Shown here in pieces: positions 24,733-35,137 of a stretch of DNA of 49,656 nucleotides (positions are counted from its first letter, which is position 1; every line of letters starts with the position of its first letter). Origin of the DNA: Klebsiella phage vbKpUKJ_2; the sequence record PQ505130.1; one strand, 5' to 3'. The notes under the pieces were generated by a model. The model made no database searches and was not told the DNA's origin. It worked only from the letters and a program-made list of their open reading frames with translations. The position numbers and the translations under genes are program-made.

Positions 24733-25461
24733 TCAGATCCCACGTTTGCGCATACGCTTTTTAGCTAATGACGGGCAAATCTCGCTTACCGGAATGTAAA
24801 GCGTCTTTTGCTCCTCTCCCGGCTTGAGCTTGCGCATGATGAAAATAACACTTCCTTTATTGTTGTTGTCGACTGGCTTCCCGCTTAATCCATTGATGAA
24901 TGCGAGGCGACCGGATCGGCTTAACTGGTTCCCGTCATCATCCTCTTCAACATCGGCAACAATCCAGATAATTTCGGCTGCCATTTTCTGCGCGTCACGG
25001 AACCAGGCAGTAGAATTGTCGCCGGGTAGCAGAATGTCGATCTGGTTGTCGTGCTCCATTTGCTCAATGGCCTTGAGAATAAACGGATCTGGAAACGAGT
25101 AAGGCGGATTCAGCCAAACGTGCTTGTTTTTTCCCCACCAGCGTTTAAGGCAATCTGTTTTTTCGTCGTAGAACTTCGGGCAAACTGCGTTGCTTTGGTC
25201 TGCGGCGGCGTCGAGGTCGTAAGGGCCATAACGCTCTTCCATGTATGCTATCAGGCTGCGATCGGTCGCCCACTTATCGCGCACGATATCAGGCGTTTTA
25301 CTCCCGGCGTATCGGTTGCCTGTTACCTGGTAAAACTTGTCGGGCCTGACAGCCTGATAGTGTCCGCCAGTAGCAAGGGCATTACCAATAAACGTTTCGC
25401 GCTCCAATTGCTCAAACGTGATGAATGCGTCACGAGTGTCTTTGTCTGCTATATCTTTCAT
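24733..25461 (-). CDS. DNA N6-adenine methyltransferase (phage Dam family)
   Basis: Catalytic NPPY motif within WLNPPYSFPDPF. 242 aa. Confidence 0.65.
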   Translation of the reverse strand: MKDIADKDTRDAFITFEQLERETFIGNALATGGHYQAVRPDKFYQVTGNRYAGSKTPDIVRDKWATDRSLIAYMEERYGPYDLDAAADQSNAVCPKFYDEKTDCLKRWWGKNKHVWLNPPYSFPDPFILKAIEQMEHDNQIDILLPGDNSTAWFRDAQKMAAEIIWIVADVEEDDDGNQLSRSGRLAFINGLSGKPVDNNNKGSVIFIMRKLKPGEEQKTLYIPVSEICPSLAKKRMRKRGI

Positions 25462-25462
25462 T

Positions 25463-25567
25463 TAGAAGCCCTTAAAATGACCAGCAAGAGTAATTACCCA
25501 AAGGCCGAAGCCAGTGGCCACAATACCAAAACCGATTGATGCGATTACCCACAAGAAGTTTTTCATG
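25463..25567 (-). CDS. small hydrophobic peptide (34 aa)
   Basis: MKNFLWVIASIGFGIVATGFGLWVITLAGHFKGF. RBS GGAGAAAC. Stop overlaps the Dam ATG. Confidence 0.3.
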
Positions 25568-25597
25568 ATGTTTCTCCGTTCTTCGTTTCGATGGGGT

Positions 25598-25642
25598 AAT
25601 AATACCCGGCTTTCGCCGGGCGGTTTTAACAAAAAGTGCTAT
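25598..25642 (-). promoter_or_regulatory. dyad promoter cassette
   Basis: ATAGCACTTTTTGTTAAAAC, 23 nt with GAAA-loop hairpin CCCGGCGAAAGCCGGG, then TATTAT, then TTACCCCATCGAAAC. Confidence 0.5.
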
Positions 25643-26046
25643 TTGATGGCGTCGCAGAAAGCGATCTTGAATTGCTCGAAGCCATAGGCCACGGCGGCGA
25701 ATCCGCCGCGACGGCGAACGGCAGCAAGGAATTCCCTTTGCTCCTTGCTCACTGGTGACGCCTGCGCCTTGCCCTGGCGCTTTAGCTCGATGGCCGCGAA
25801 CGGGTATTTGCCGCCGAACCCAATCAGGATCAGGATGTCGCTAACGCCCTTCAGCAACCCCATTTGATGATCGATAACCGCGCTCGCCTTGTGCTTACTC
25901 CCTTCGTTAACCGTATGCCAGAACAGATAATCAGGGTATTCGTGCCGCAGCCACGAAACGCTATTCATCTGATCGATTTTCTCAAGCGGGCAAGCCTTTA
26001 CAGGCCCGCCGTAGTATTCGAGATAATCACCTTTATCAGTAATCAC
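25639..26046 (-). CDS. VRR-NUC domain nuclease
   Basis: Motifs GFGGKYPFAAIELKRQG...REFLAAVRRRGGFAAVAYGFE, typical of VRR-NUC PD-(D/E)XK nucleases. Confidence 0.5.
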   Translation of the reverse strand: MITDKGDYLEYYGGPVKACPLEKIDQMNSVSWLRHEYPDYLFWHTVNEGSKHKASAVIDHQMGLLKGVSDILILIGFGGKYPFAAIELKRQGKAQASPVSKEQREFLAAVRRRGGFAAVAYGFEQFKIAFCDAIK

Positions 26047-28080
26047 TATTCGTCTCCAAAATCTTTGCGTGAAATAATATCTTCCTTCTTACCGTTAACG
26101 CGATGCGTTACGCGCTTCGGCGCTCGGAAGTAATGCGCATTCTCAAGGATTTTTCGCGCATTTTTCATCCCGCCCAGCTTGCCGCGCATTACCGCGTCGC
26201 TAACGTGCTGGAAGACTGCCTTTTGCCGCCACAACTTGCCGCAAATCTGATTCTCTGATTCCGGGAAGAACTTTTCCCTTGCGGTGAATCGCTCGCCGTC
26301 ATGGTTCAGCAACACGTAATTGAAGATGATCCCGGACTGATTGCGAGTCAAGCCGATATCGAACCCGACAACATCATACCAGTCATTTTGCGTATAGTGC
26401 TTCCCGGTGAGATTGTCATTGGGGTCTTTAAGCTGCACCCCGCAGCATCTGCACTGGCGAGCAACAATATCGTTTTCAGCGTAACACCCTTTTACTTTAA
26501 TCTTCCCTGTTCGCGGGTCTTTCTGGTCTTCGCAGCGCTGCGAGATCCAGAAGTATTCGCAACGATTACCGTTGCTGTCTTTGTGGATGCATCGGCGGGC
26601 GTACTCGCTATTTTCTCCCTTGCATACCGGGCAAATTTTCGGGCCGTTCTTGCTGCTCTTGCGTCTTTGGTATTGCGCCTGCTCAAGAATCGGATCGAAA
26701 TATAGCTGGCCCAAATCGTCCATAGTCCCGGCGAAGTCCCAAACTAAATGGTCTTCCTTCACCCACGAGTAAGGCGGCTGTTTTTGCCAGTCCTTTAGAA
26801 GTCGCATTCCACGCCCCAAAAGCTGAATAAGCAACGTAAGCGATCCGATCTTGCGCAATATCACCGAAAAATCCCAAAACGGAACGTTAACGCCAGTGGT
26901 TAGGGCCATCACCTGGAAGATGTATTTAATCTCCCCGCGATTCGCCTTATCCAAAATTTCTCCGCGTTTCTTTGAGTTGGTCTTCTCGGTGATGATCGCG
27001 TATGTGGCGTCCGGCGGTAAGTAGCTTGCCGCTTCCTTGCAATGCCGCTGGCCAGCGCAAGTAATAAGAACGCCGTTTCGGGTTTTCGCACGCTCCACGA
27101 CCTTTTGCATAATCAGCTTCGTCATTTCGCCGGATTCATGGATTTTCTTTTCCATCTTGCGCAATTCTTCCGCGCTAAAATCCTGCGTACCGTCCTGACT
27201 GGAACCGTGGAATTCTGACAGGTCATACCCTAAACCTTCCGCCTCGGTGTCACCGAAGATGGTGGGGACTACCGAACCGAACTCGACAAGATAGTTTGTG
27301 TTAATATCGGTGATCTGCTCGCGCCAGAATCCCGGCTGCGTCTTGTCTTCCTGCAAGATGGGAACCACCCCGCGAAACTCCGACCCCGTATAGCCGACGA
27401 TGCGAAGTTCTCGCCCTGTCTTCTCAAGGCACCTCCGCATTAACTCACAAATGACGATGGTGTACTGCGTGCGACCGCCGCCGAATTCTACGTCGTCGAA
27501 TTTTTCGTCGTATGGGTGGTCGGCATCGACCAGTTCCCCGTTCACGCGATACGGCTTATCCTTCGGTCTGCTCATGTACTCGAACGATTCATTGTTGGCG
27601 ATCGCTTCCGCCAGATCTTGCCAGTCAACCTGGTGGCATTCGTCAATGGCCAGAACTGAAGGCACGTAGTCGCCCAGCATTTTAAACAGGCCATTAACCA
27701 CCGTCCCTTCAGATCCGACGACAATCGGGAAGTATGCGGCCTTCGTGCCTAACCCGGCGCAATAAACGGAGTTGGGAACATCGAGGTTACTGATCTCCTC
27801 GGAGTCCTGCTTCACGATCTCGGCCTGGCGAGCAAGAACCATCATGGGTAAGTTCATTGCCTTGCACTGCGCCGCGAGCATGGCGATCATGATGGTTTTC
27901 CCGGCGGAAACAGAAGCCTTAATGTAAAAAGGATGTTCATATTTTGCGATCCGCTTCGCGGTCTCAATATACGCAACCGCCTGATACGGGTAAGGAACGA
28001 TATTTCCGACGGTGAACCGCTTTTGTATTAACGGGATCTTGTCTGCGTAGGCTTCAATTTGTTGTTCAATTGTGAGCATG
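26046..28080 (-). CDS. DNA helicase (SF2, DEAD/SNF2-like) with C-terminal zinc finger
   Basis: Walker A ASVSAGKT and DECH box AIDECHQ. CxxC..CxxC cluster CPVCKGENSEYARRC. The first ATG with an RBS is at 28080. The TTG at 28148 lies inside the promoter. Confidence 0.6.
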
Positions 28081-28092
28081 GGCAATCCTAAT

Positions 28093-28120
28093 TTGTCATT
28101 CGCATAGTTGCGTGTATAAT
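28093..28120 (+). promoter_or_regulatory. sigma70-like promoter TTGTCA-16-TATAAT for the HTH gene
   Basis: TTGTCA at 28093-28098 and TATAAT at 28115-28120. Confidence 0.45.
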
Positions 28121-28158
28121 ACATGGAACATTTTATCAGGTTTAACAAAAAATGCTAT
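28116..28158 (-). promoter_or_regulatory. dyad promoter cassette for helicase, overlapping the divergent sigma70 promoter
   Basis: Minus strand ATAGCATTTTTTGTTAAAC, 21 nt, TATTAT (28116-28121). The -10 hexamers of the two divergent promoters overlap. Confidence 0.45.
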
Positions 28159-28170
28159 GAGGGTTAAATT

Positions 28171-28572
28171 ATGGAACAAATGGCAAAGATTGATAAGAGA
28201 ACCTTGAACGGCAATAACGGAACATCGCGCGGGAAAGATAAGAAGAAACGCAAGCGACCGACTGGTTACTACGTGCTGAAGGATGAGGTTCGCGCCGGGT
28301 TGACTGCGCGGATGGAGCTGGTTATTGATGCCTTCGGTGGTATCGCGGGAACGGCAAAAGAGTTGGGGGTTAGCATCCAGGTTGTTCAGCAGTGGCGTAA
28401 GCGCGGCATGATCTCAGCCGATGGCGCTTATCTCGTACATAAGAGCTACAGACGGAACAATTGCAAAGGTTTCCGCGCCTCATTCTGCCGACCAGATTTA
28501 AGGTTTGACAGCAACGGCAAGCCAGTTACGCGACGATGCGACCGCCGGGAAATGCTCCGCGTAGTCCGATAG
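28171..28572 (+). CDS. XRE/Cro-like HTH transcriptional regulator
   Basis: Classic HTH segment TAKELGVSIQVVQQWRKRGMI. 133 aa. Has its own sigma70 promoter. Confidence 0.5.
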   Translation: MEQMAKIDKRTLNGNNGTSRGKDKKKRKRPTGYYVLKDEVRAGLTARMELVIDAFGGIAGTAKELGVSIQVVQQWRKRGMISADGAYLVHKSYRRNNCKGFRASFCRPDLRFDSNGKPVTRRCDRREMLRVVR

Positions 28573-28592
28573 CACAATTTGTCTAAACACTA

Positions 28593-28635
28593 AACGCCTG
28601 CCGGGTTATCATTCTCGTGTAGGCGTTTTTTATTT
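28593..28635 (+). terminator. rho-independent terminator
   Basis: AACGCCT...AGGCGTT hairpin followed by TTTTTTATTT. A degenerate dyad copy GATAGCACAATTTGTCTAAAC sits just upstream at 28568-28588. Confidence 0.45.
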
Positions 28636-28647
28636 GGGGGTTACGAC

Positions 28648-29607
28648 GTGGATTTTTACGATGAAAAAGAGGTTTTGCCGTACATGGCTGGCATGTGGCG
28701 CGAGGCGTTGCAGAACATTTGCGGCATCCACTCTCGATACTTCAACGGCAAGCACCAGGACTGCCCGAACTGCGGCGGCAAAGACCGATTCCGCTGGACT
28801 GACAAGTTAGAAACGCGCGGCGACGGCGGCGCATACTGTGGCGGCTGCGGTGCTGATAAGGGGATCGGCTGGTTAATGAAGTTAAGCGGCCAGCCGTATA
28901 GCGAATGCATCAACATTCTTGGACGCTATCTCGGAAAGGTTCCGCAAGAATACGTGGTCAAGAGAAACAAGCAGGTAGCTCGTGATAACGGGTATGACTA
29001 CGGAAAGATGGCAGATCATGAAAGAGTGCTGGCAGTTTTAAACAGAACGGAGGCCGTCGATAGCACGCCTGTAACGCTGTATGAGGGTATCGAAAACGAG
29101 CACATCAAATCATATCAGGTAGGCATAAAAACCCACGAAAACGGCAGGCAGGAGCTAATTCACGCGCTACCGATGCAACTCGTGCATGAAGATGGGCTAG
29201 ATGATGAGTATTGCAATATCCTGTTCATTGATGAGGAAGGCAGGGAGAAGATGTTAGCTGGAGATCTGACCTTCGGATCGGTGATAGTGACCAATCAGAG
29301 CGACGACGGTAACGGGCCGATTTACCTTGCTCGATCCTGGATTGAGGCGATGCACTTCAATATTGCCAGTTCGTTCAAGTGCGACGTTTGGGCCTGCATC
29401 ATACCTTCAAACGTCGAGATCGTGGCGTACAGGTATAAAGGCAAGGGAGTGGAAGGAAAGCGGGAAATGCGGGTGGTTTGCCGTCGTGGAGATCGGGATA
29501 TGCTGGCGGCTGCCGACGATCGGGATCTTAAAGTTATCGTTCCGAACGGTGACAACTTCAAGCTCGGCTTTGAGCGTAAGTTATACAAGGCATCATCTCT
29601 TCTCTGA
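28648..29607 (+). CDS. DNA primase (zinc-binding N-terminus)
   Basis: CPNCGGKDRFRW...YCGGCGAD zinc ribbon. GTG start. Adjacent to the helicase and the iteron region. Confidence 0.55.
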   Translation: MDFYDEKEVLPYMAGMWREALQNICGIHSRYFNGKHQDCPNCGGKDRFRWTDKLETRGDGGAYCGGCGADKGIGWLMKLSGQPYSECINILGRYLGKVPQEYVVKRNKQVARDNGYDYGKMADHERVLAVLNRTEAVDSTPVTLYEGIENEHIKSYQVGIKTHENGRQELIHALPMQLVHEDGLDDEYCNILFIDEEGREKMLAGDLTFGSVIVTNQSDDGNGPIYLARSWIEAMHFNIASSFKCDVWACIIPSNVEIVAYRYKGKGVEGKREMRVVCRRGDRDMLAAADDRDLKVIVPNGDNFKLGFERKLYKASSLL

Positions 29608-29634
29608 TTAAATATTGACCAGAATTTAGGTAAG

Positions 29635-30012
29635 ATTGAGAAAATCAGTCTTACCTTTTTTTATGCCTGAAATTCAGTGGCTTGCAACTGGTCGAACCAC
29701 TTTAGGTAAGATTTAGTAAGATGAATCTTACGTAAATTTCGCGCAAAATTTAACCAATTATCCGCCATATATAGATAGTAAGTATATGATAAATAATAAT
29801 ATTATTATTATTACTCTATCTCTCTATACTTATCTTGGTAAGATTTCTCCGGGGTACGTATCTTTTTTCGCTGGATTTCGCGCCAGAATTTTCATGGATA
29901 TTTACCTATAGGGATCTTACCATCTTACCGATTTGCATTAACTCGATGAAATATATAGGAAAAATCACGTAAGATGCATCTTACTAAATCTTACGTAAAT
30001 TTCGCTCATTTT
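29635..30012. repeat. AT-rich non-coding region with at least 8 GTAAGAT/ATCTTAC iterons, a 31-bp direct repeat and right copy of 85-bp inverted repeat; candidate replication origin
   Basis: TTTAGGTAAGATTGAG, TAGGTAAGATTTAGTAAGATGAATCTTACG, TTGGTAAGATTT, GATCTTACCATCTTACC and GTAAGATGCATCTTACTAAATCTTACG. CTTACGTAAATTTCGC occurs at 29738 and 29990. Confidence 0.55.
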
Positions 30013-30026
30013 TTGACCAACTGCGG

Positions 30027-30069
30027 ATAGCACTTTTTGACTTGCGCCGGGAATCGTCATGCGTATACT
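30027..30069 (+). promoter_or_regulatory. dyad promoter cassette (TTGACT variant)
   Basis: ATAGCACTTTTTGACTTG, 21 nt, TATACT, TAACGCAACGAAACC. Confidence 0.45.
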
Positions 30070-30102
30070 TAACGCAACGAAACCACAAATGGAGCAATAT
30101 CA

Positions 30103-31149
30103 ATGGCTGAAGCAATTTTCAGGGCATACACCAGCAGTGAATTGACTAACGAGCAATATCACGATCCTAACTCCTGGTGCGCGGAATACGTTAGCGGCTC
30201 AAGCCTCGGCGAGATTTACGCAACATCCCCGGCGCACTGGAAATTCAAGGTGCGCGAGGAAACAGCCGCGCTGGCGTTCGGCACTTGCTCGCATACCTGT
30301 ATGCTTGAGACCGCAAAATTTAATGGCGAGTATCTGCGGGCGACTTCTCCGGGCGAGGTTAAGGATCTGATTACGTCTAAGTCGGCATTGTCTGCGAAGC
30401 TGAAAGCGTGTGGCCTGATTGGGACGTCCAACAAGGATTACCCGGAACTTCTGGAAATGGCATATCGCGCCGGGATTGACGTAAATGTTTGGTGGGCGAT
30501 TGAACTTTGCGACGAAAGCGCCGCTATGAACTCCGGGCGCAAGCTGGTTAAGGATGTTGATTTCGATGCCGTTGTTCAAATGCGAAGCGTGATGTTGGCC
30601 AACCCGCGACACGCCGCCTGTATCGAATCACCTACCGCACAGCGTGAATTGTCAATCTTCGGTGAGATCTTCGGCGTCAAGGTTAAGGTTCGACTCGATC
30701 ATGTTGACGTAGTTTCCGATCCCGAACTCATCAAAGAGTGGGGGTTTAACCCGGATGAAGTTTTCGAGGTTGTGGTGATCACAGATTACAAAACCACGCA
30801 ATCATCCAAGCCGGACGAATTCGGGCGACTCGCTTTCAATTTGGGCTACTATCTCAAGATGGCATTGCAGCGTGATCTGTTCGTGAAGACCTACAACGAA
30901 AAACGCCCGGTAGTTGTCAGACTGCTAACGCAGGAGAAAAAATCACCGTTTGCTCCGCTGGCGTTCACCCTGACCAGCCAGCAGATCGAGATTGGTCGCA
31001 AGCAGTATCAAAGCGTGATTCATCAGTATGCGGAATGCGTGAAGCATGATTCATGGCCATCATATGAGTCAAACGCGGCGGAAGTTGTTTTGCCTACTCC
31101 GCAGTTTGTGAAATACATGTTCCCGGACGTATACGGCACAAATAGCTAA
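30103..31149 (+). CDS. PD-(D/E)XK recombination exonuclease
   Basis: Motif ITDYKTT...K typical of RecB/Cas4/YqaJ-type nucleases. Immediately upstream of ERF. Confidence 0.45.
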   Translation: MAEAIFRAYTSSELTNEQYHDPNSWCAEYVSGSSLGEIYATSPAHWKFKVREETAALAFGTCSHTCMLETAKFNGEYLRATSPGEVKDLITSKSALSAKLKACGLIGTSNKDYPELLEMAYRAGIDVNVWWAIELCDESAAMNSGRKLVKDVDFDAVVQMRSVMLANPRHAACIESPTAQRELSIFGEIFGVKVKVRLDHVDVVSDPELIKEWGFNPDEVFEVVVITDYKTTQSSKPDEFGRLAFNLGYYLKMALQRDLFVKTYNEKRPVVVRLLTQEKKSPFAPLAFTLTSQQIEIGRKQYQSVIHQYAECVKHDSWPSYESNAAEVVLPTPQFVKYMFPDVYGTNS

Positions 31150-31208
31150 ACACTGGTGCGCACTTGTGATATAGTGCGCATTACCAATCAGGAAAAGGAA
31201 ACTTTATC

Positions 31209-31865
31209 ATGCGTACATCTGAAAAATTTACCACCATCGCAGCCGCATTAATCAAGGCAAAATCTGGCTTCGTGGCCGCGAAGAAAAGCGGGAAGAATAA
31301 CCATCTTGGGAACACCTATGCGAATCTTGGGGATATCCTCGACGCGATTTCCCCGGCGCTGGAGAAGAACAAAATCATGGTCATTCAATCCATGATGGAT
31401 ACCAGCACCGAAAAGGTCATGCATCTCGAAACTATGTTCTTGCATGAAAGCGGCGAGTTCATGGCGTTTCAGTACAATATGCCGATCAGTAAAACCGTCG
31501 AACAAGCATACGGCTCAACAACATCTTACGCCCGCCGCTATGCACTGGCCGCAGCACTCGGCATCAAGCAGGCGGATGATGATGCAGAAATTACGAAGAT
31601 GACGCCGAAAGACTTCAAAAAACGAATTGACGCGTGCGAAGATCTCGAATCGCTTCGTGAGATCTATAAGCTGGCGAAACAAACGTTAACGCCTGCCGAA
31701 TGGAAAATGACGGAAGACGATATCACCAAACGCCAGGCTGAACTGAAAGTCACCCCAGCGAACGGCTTCAATCCTGGTAAGCCGCAAGAGGTTGCGAAAC
31801 GTGAGACGGAAAAGGTAGAATCAAAACCTGAACCAGAAGCACAAGATATTTCATCTTTCAACTAA
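31209..31865 (+). CDS. ERF-family single-strand annealing protein
   Basis: N-terminal region GKNNHLGNTYANLGDILDAISPALEKNKIMV is typical of ERF. 218 aa. Confidence 0.5.
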   Translation: MRTSEKFTTIAAALIKAKSGFVAAKKSGKNNHLGNTYANLGDILDAISPALEKNKIMVIQSMMDTSTEKVMHLETMFLHESGEFMAFQYNMPISKTVEQAYGSTTSYARRYALAAALGIKQADDDAEITKMTPKDFKKRIDACEDLESLREIYKLAKQTLTPAEWKMTEDDITKRQAELKVTPANGFNPGKPQEVAKRETEKVESKPEPEAQDISSFN

Positions 31866-31901
31866 TTTAACCGGGCGGGAAACCGCCCCATAGGAACGAC
31901 A

Positions 31902-32363
31902 ATGCATGTTGTAACAGGTGTTATCCGAAAGGAACCGTATGTCAAGGAAGGAAGCAACAATAACGGGCCGTGGAAAATGTACGCCGTAGACCTGTCGGAG
32001 CGAATGAAGATCCGCAATCGTGATGGCGAGGACGAAACAGTTTACACGAACTACCGCGCTGTTTTCTTTGCCAAAGAAAGCATGATTAAGTGGTACGATG
32101 AAGCGCTGCAAATGGGCAAGGTGATTAGCGTAACCTGCCGAACGCTTCAGATCGTGAACCGCGAGCACAACGGCACAATTTACAGCCACAATGAAATGAT
32201 TATGCCGCAACTCGAATTCAGCCAGCGCGAACCGACTCAAAACGGGAGCAATCAGCAATCGGGGTGGGGGCAGCCTCAACAACCGAAGCCGCAGCAAGCG
32301 CCCAAGCCGCAAAACAGCGGTGGGAATCCAGGTATGGATTTCGATGACGATATCCCGTTTTAG
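31902..32363 (+). CDS. ssb: single-stranded DNA-binding protein
   Basis: C-terminal acidic tail GMDFDDDIPF preceded by a Gly/Gln/Pro-rich linker. Confidence 0.65.
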   Translation: MHVVTGVIRKEPYVKEGSNNNGPWKMYAVDLSERMKIRNRDGEDETVYTNYRAVFFAKESMIKWYDEALQMGKVISVTCRTLQIVNREHNGTIYSHNEMIMPQLEFSQREPTQNGSNQQSGWGQPQQPKPQQAPKPQNSGGNPGMDFDDDIPF

Positions 32364-32455
32364 TTTGACAACTAAAGGAGCCGAAAGGCTCCTTTTTTTA
32401 TCGGTTCATTGATGCTATTATCTGCGTTACTCAACCAACATAAGAGGCTTTTAAA

Positions 32456-35137
32456 ATGGCACTATACAGAGAAGGCAAGGCGGCTATGGCCGCAGACGGA
32501 ACCGTTACCGGGACTGGCACAAAATGGCAATCATCGCTTTCGCTGATTCGCCCTGGCGCGACGATTATGTTTTTGTCGTCGCCGATTCAAATGGCCGTCG
32601 TAAACAAGGTGGTCAGTGATACGGAAATTAAAGCAATTACCACAAACGGCGCTGTCGTAGCGTCTACTGACTACGCGATCCTGTTAAGCGACTCGCTGAC
32701 CGTTGATGGCCTGGCGCAAGATGTTGCGGAAACTCTGCGCTACTACCAGTCGCAAGAAACTGAAATTGCGGATGCTGTCGACTTCTTTAAGAATTTCGAT
32801 TTCGAATCGCTGCAAAATCTTGCCAACCAAGTTAAGGCAGACTCTGAAGCTGCTGACGCAAGCGCTGCGGCGGCTGCGGCGTCAGAAGGGGCGGCGAAAA
32901 CTTCAGAAACGAACGCTAAGACTTCGGAGCAAGCGGCGCTAACAGCACGACAACAAGCCGGGTCGGCAAGGGATCAGACTCAAAGCCTTTACAACCAGAC
33001 TGTAGATCTTGTGGCTGGCGCTCAAGCGCCGGATAAGCTGCCTGTCTCTCCGGGTGGCTCTCGTGCGTGGATGAAGATTGCCAACGTCAAGAACGCTGGC
33101 CAGTCAAATTGTTTTGTACAATTTATTATTGGTGGCGGCGCTAACTTTGGTTCTGCGAATCTCCCGATCGATATTTTTTCGATTTCTGGCCGTGGTCTTC
33201 CTGATACGCTAACCACTAATAATATTGATGAAAACTTTACTCAATGCGCACTGATTGCCGCAACCAGTAGCACATCACGTTTGAAGCTGGGGGTTGTGAA
33301 AAACACTGACGGATCTTTTGATGTTTATTTGCTGTGTCCTAACGGTTATTTTCCCGTTATGTGGTTAAACCGTTTGAACGTGCAATCTAATAATGGGTTG
33401 ATTACCGGGCCGATCATCGATCGCACTGGTTATTCGTGGATTACCACGGAGCCAGCCGGGATTGTATATAATTCACCGTCTGATTATTTGATGGCTAACG
33501 ATAGCACGATCCCGCGAACCAATGTGGCCAACACGTTCAGCCAGCCACAAGCGATCAGTGTACCCGGCGGAAACGCTACGCTGACCCTGAACGGTGCAAT
33601 CGTTAGGGCTAACCCAAACAATGCGATCGTTTATTCTATCCCTGAAGGCTCTCAGGGCATGTACTTTCGCCCGAATGGTGACACCAATAGCACGAAGCAA
33701 GTTGTTTTCGATCCTACAAACTTTACCGTTACCGGATTGAGTGCCAGCTTTAGCAATGACGTTACAATGTCAAGCTCGCTGCGTGTTAATGGTTCTGCCA
33801 ACCTTCGCGGCGGTGTGGATGTTACCGCTTCTCAGGGCTTGCCATTGAAGGAAACGACCGCAACAACTGGGATTGGTGTTAACTTTATCGGCGACAACGC
33901 AACGGAATGCTCTTTCGGGATTGAGAATACTGCTGGCGGATCGGCTGTATTCCATAACTATGCGCGAGGTGCATCTAACAGCGCCACGAAGAACAACCAG
34001 CTTTTAGGTGGTTACGGATCTCGACCGTGGTTAGGATCTTACTACACGGAGCACAGTAACGCGGCGTTGCATTTCCTGGGGGCTGGTGATGCATCCGAAA
34101 CAAATCACGGAGGCTGGATTCGTCTACTGGTTACGCCGAATGGTAAAAATATTGGGTGGCGATCTCCAGTTATGCGAATTTCTGACAATGGTGATACATG
34201 GTTAGTCACTGCTGGTAGTATGGTGTCGCCGGATCTTGATGAAGTTCGTAGTTATGAAACGCTTAACGCGGCTGTTTCTGGTTTTAATGCGCCGACCAAT
34301 CAGGATGGTCGCGGGTTGAAGATTGTGGCGGATGGTGCGCCAGAAATTAACATGATTGCCCCTCGCGCTTCTGGTACATCATCGCCTGCTGTAAGGGCAA
34401 TGTGGTGCGATGGTAGCTTGTCGAACTCGGATAAATATGTCGGCGCTGTACAGGCATGGTCTACTTTCTTCATTGGGGCGTCCGGCCACGACGGGGAGAA
34501 ATTCGACTCAATGCGCGGCGCTGTTAGTATTCAGAGTACGGAAGGATGGGGTAAAACATCAACTCCAACGCGAATCGTGTTCGAAACATGCTCGTCAGGA
34601 TCTACTACACGAACTTCTCGCTGGTGCGTTGACCACAACGGAACTCTAACGCCGCTGGCTGATAACACCTATGATATCGGTTGGGGCAGCGGTCGAGTTA
34701 GGAACATTTTCGCAGCCAATGGGACAATCAACACCTCCGACGCCCGGTTGAAGAATGATGTTCGAACCATGAGCGATCCTGAAACCGAAGCGGCAAAAGC
34801 CATTGCGAAGGAGATTGGGTTTTGGACGTGGAAAGAGCAAGCCGATATGAACGACGTTCGTGAGCACTGCGGTTTGACCGTTCAGCGAGCGATGGAGATC
34901 ATGGAAAGTTTTGGGCTTGAACCGTTCAAATATGGCTTTATCTGTTATGACAAGTGGGATGAACACACGGTTGTTTCAGAATACGGGCCAGCAAATGAAG
35001 ACGGAACCGAAAACCCGATTTACAAAACCATCCCGGCTGGCGACCGTTATTCGTTCCGACTCGATGAATTAAACATGTTTATCGCAAAAGGATTTGAAGC
35101 GCGGTTATCCGCACTTGAGGATAAATTAGGGATGTAA
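32456..35137 (+). CDS. tail fibre protein with C-terminal intramolecular chaperone (peptidase S74-like) domain
   Basis: 893 aa. Motif DARLKNDVR...[12 protein letters not shown] at the C-terminus is characteristic of self-cleaving chaperone domains. Confidence 0.6.
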   Translation: MALYREGKAAMAADGTVTGTGTKWQSSLSLIRPGATIMFLSSPIQMAVVNKVVSDTEIKAITTNGAVVASTDYAILLSDSLTVDGLAQDVAETLRYYQSQETEIADAVDFFKNFDFESLQNLANQVKADSEAADASAAAAAASEGAAKTSETNAKTSEQAALTARQQAGSARDQTQSLYNQTVDLVAGAQAPDKLPVSPGGSRAWMKIANVKNAGQSNCFVQFIIGGGANFGSANLPIDIFSISGRGLPDTLTTNNIDENFTQCALIAATSSTSRLKLGVVKNTDGSFDVYLLCPNGYFPVMWLNRLNVQSNNGLITGPIIDRTGYSWITTEPAGIVYNSPSDYLMANDSTIPRTNVANTFSQPQAISVPGGNATLTLNGAIVRANPNNAIVYSIPEGSQGMYFRPNGDTNSTKQVVFDPTNFTVTGLSASFSNDVTMSSSLRVNGSANLRGGVDVTASQGLPLKETTATTGIGVNFIGDNATECSFGIENTAGGSAVFHNYARGASNSATKNNQLLGGYGSRPWLGSYYTEHSNAALHFLGAGDASETNHGGWIRLLVTPNGKNIGWRSPVMRISDNGDTWLVTAGSMVSPDLDEVRSYETLNAAVSGFNAPTNQDGRGLKIVADGAPEINMIAPRASGTSSPAVRAMWCDGSLSNSDKYVGAVQAWSTFFIGASGHDGEKFDSMRGAVSIQSTEGWGKTSTPTRIVFETCSSGSTTRTSRWCVDHNGTLTPLADNTYDIGWGSGRVRNIFAANGTINTSDARLKNDVRTMSDPETEAAKAIAKEIGFWTWKEQADMNDVREHCGLTVQRAMEIMESFGLEPFKYGFICYDKWDEHTVVSEYGPANEDGTENPIYKTIPAGDRYSFRLDELNMFIAKGFEARLSALEDKLGM

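Noticed and set aside
26046-28148. TTG start at 28148 for the helicase, as given by the ORF track
   Set aside because: It lies inside the promoter cassette. The first ATG with an RBS (AGGATTG) is at 28080.
29635-30012. Possibility that the GTAAGAT repeat arrays are a CRISPR array
   Set aside because: Repeats are only 7-8 bp and occur in both orientations with irregular spacing. There is no leader or cas gene. The pattern fits iterons or operator sites.
8735-30069. Possibility that the recurring dyad cassettes are ends of a miniature transposable element (MITE-like)
   Set aside because: All copies are in fixed orientation and fixed distance upstream of start codons. They include -10 hexamers and an RBS context. 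They are never inside coding sequence and have no target-site duplications.
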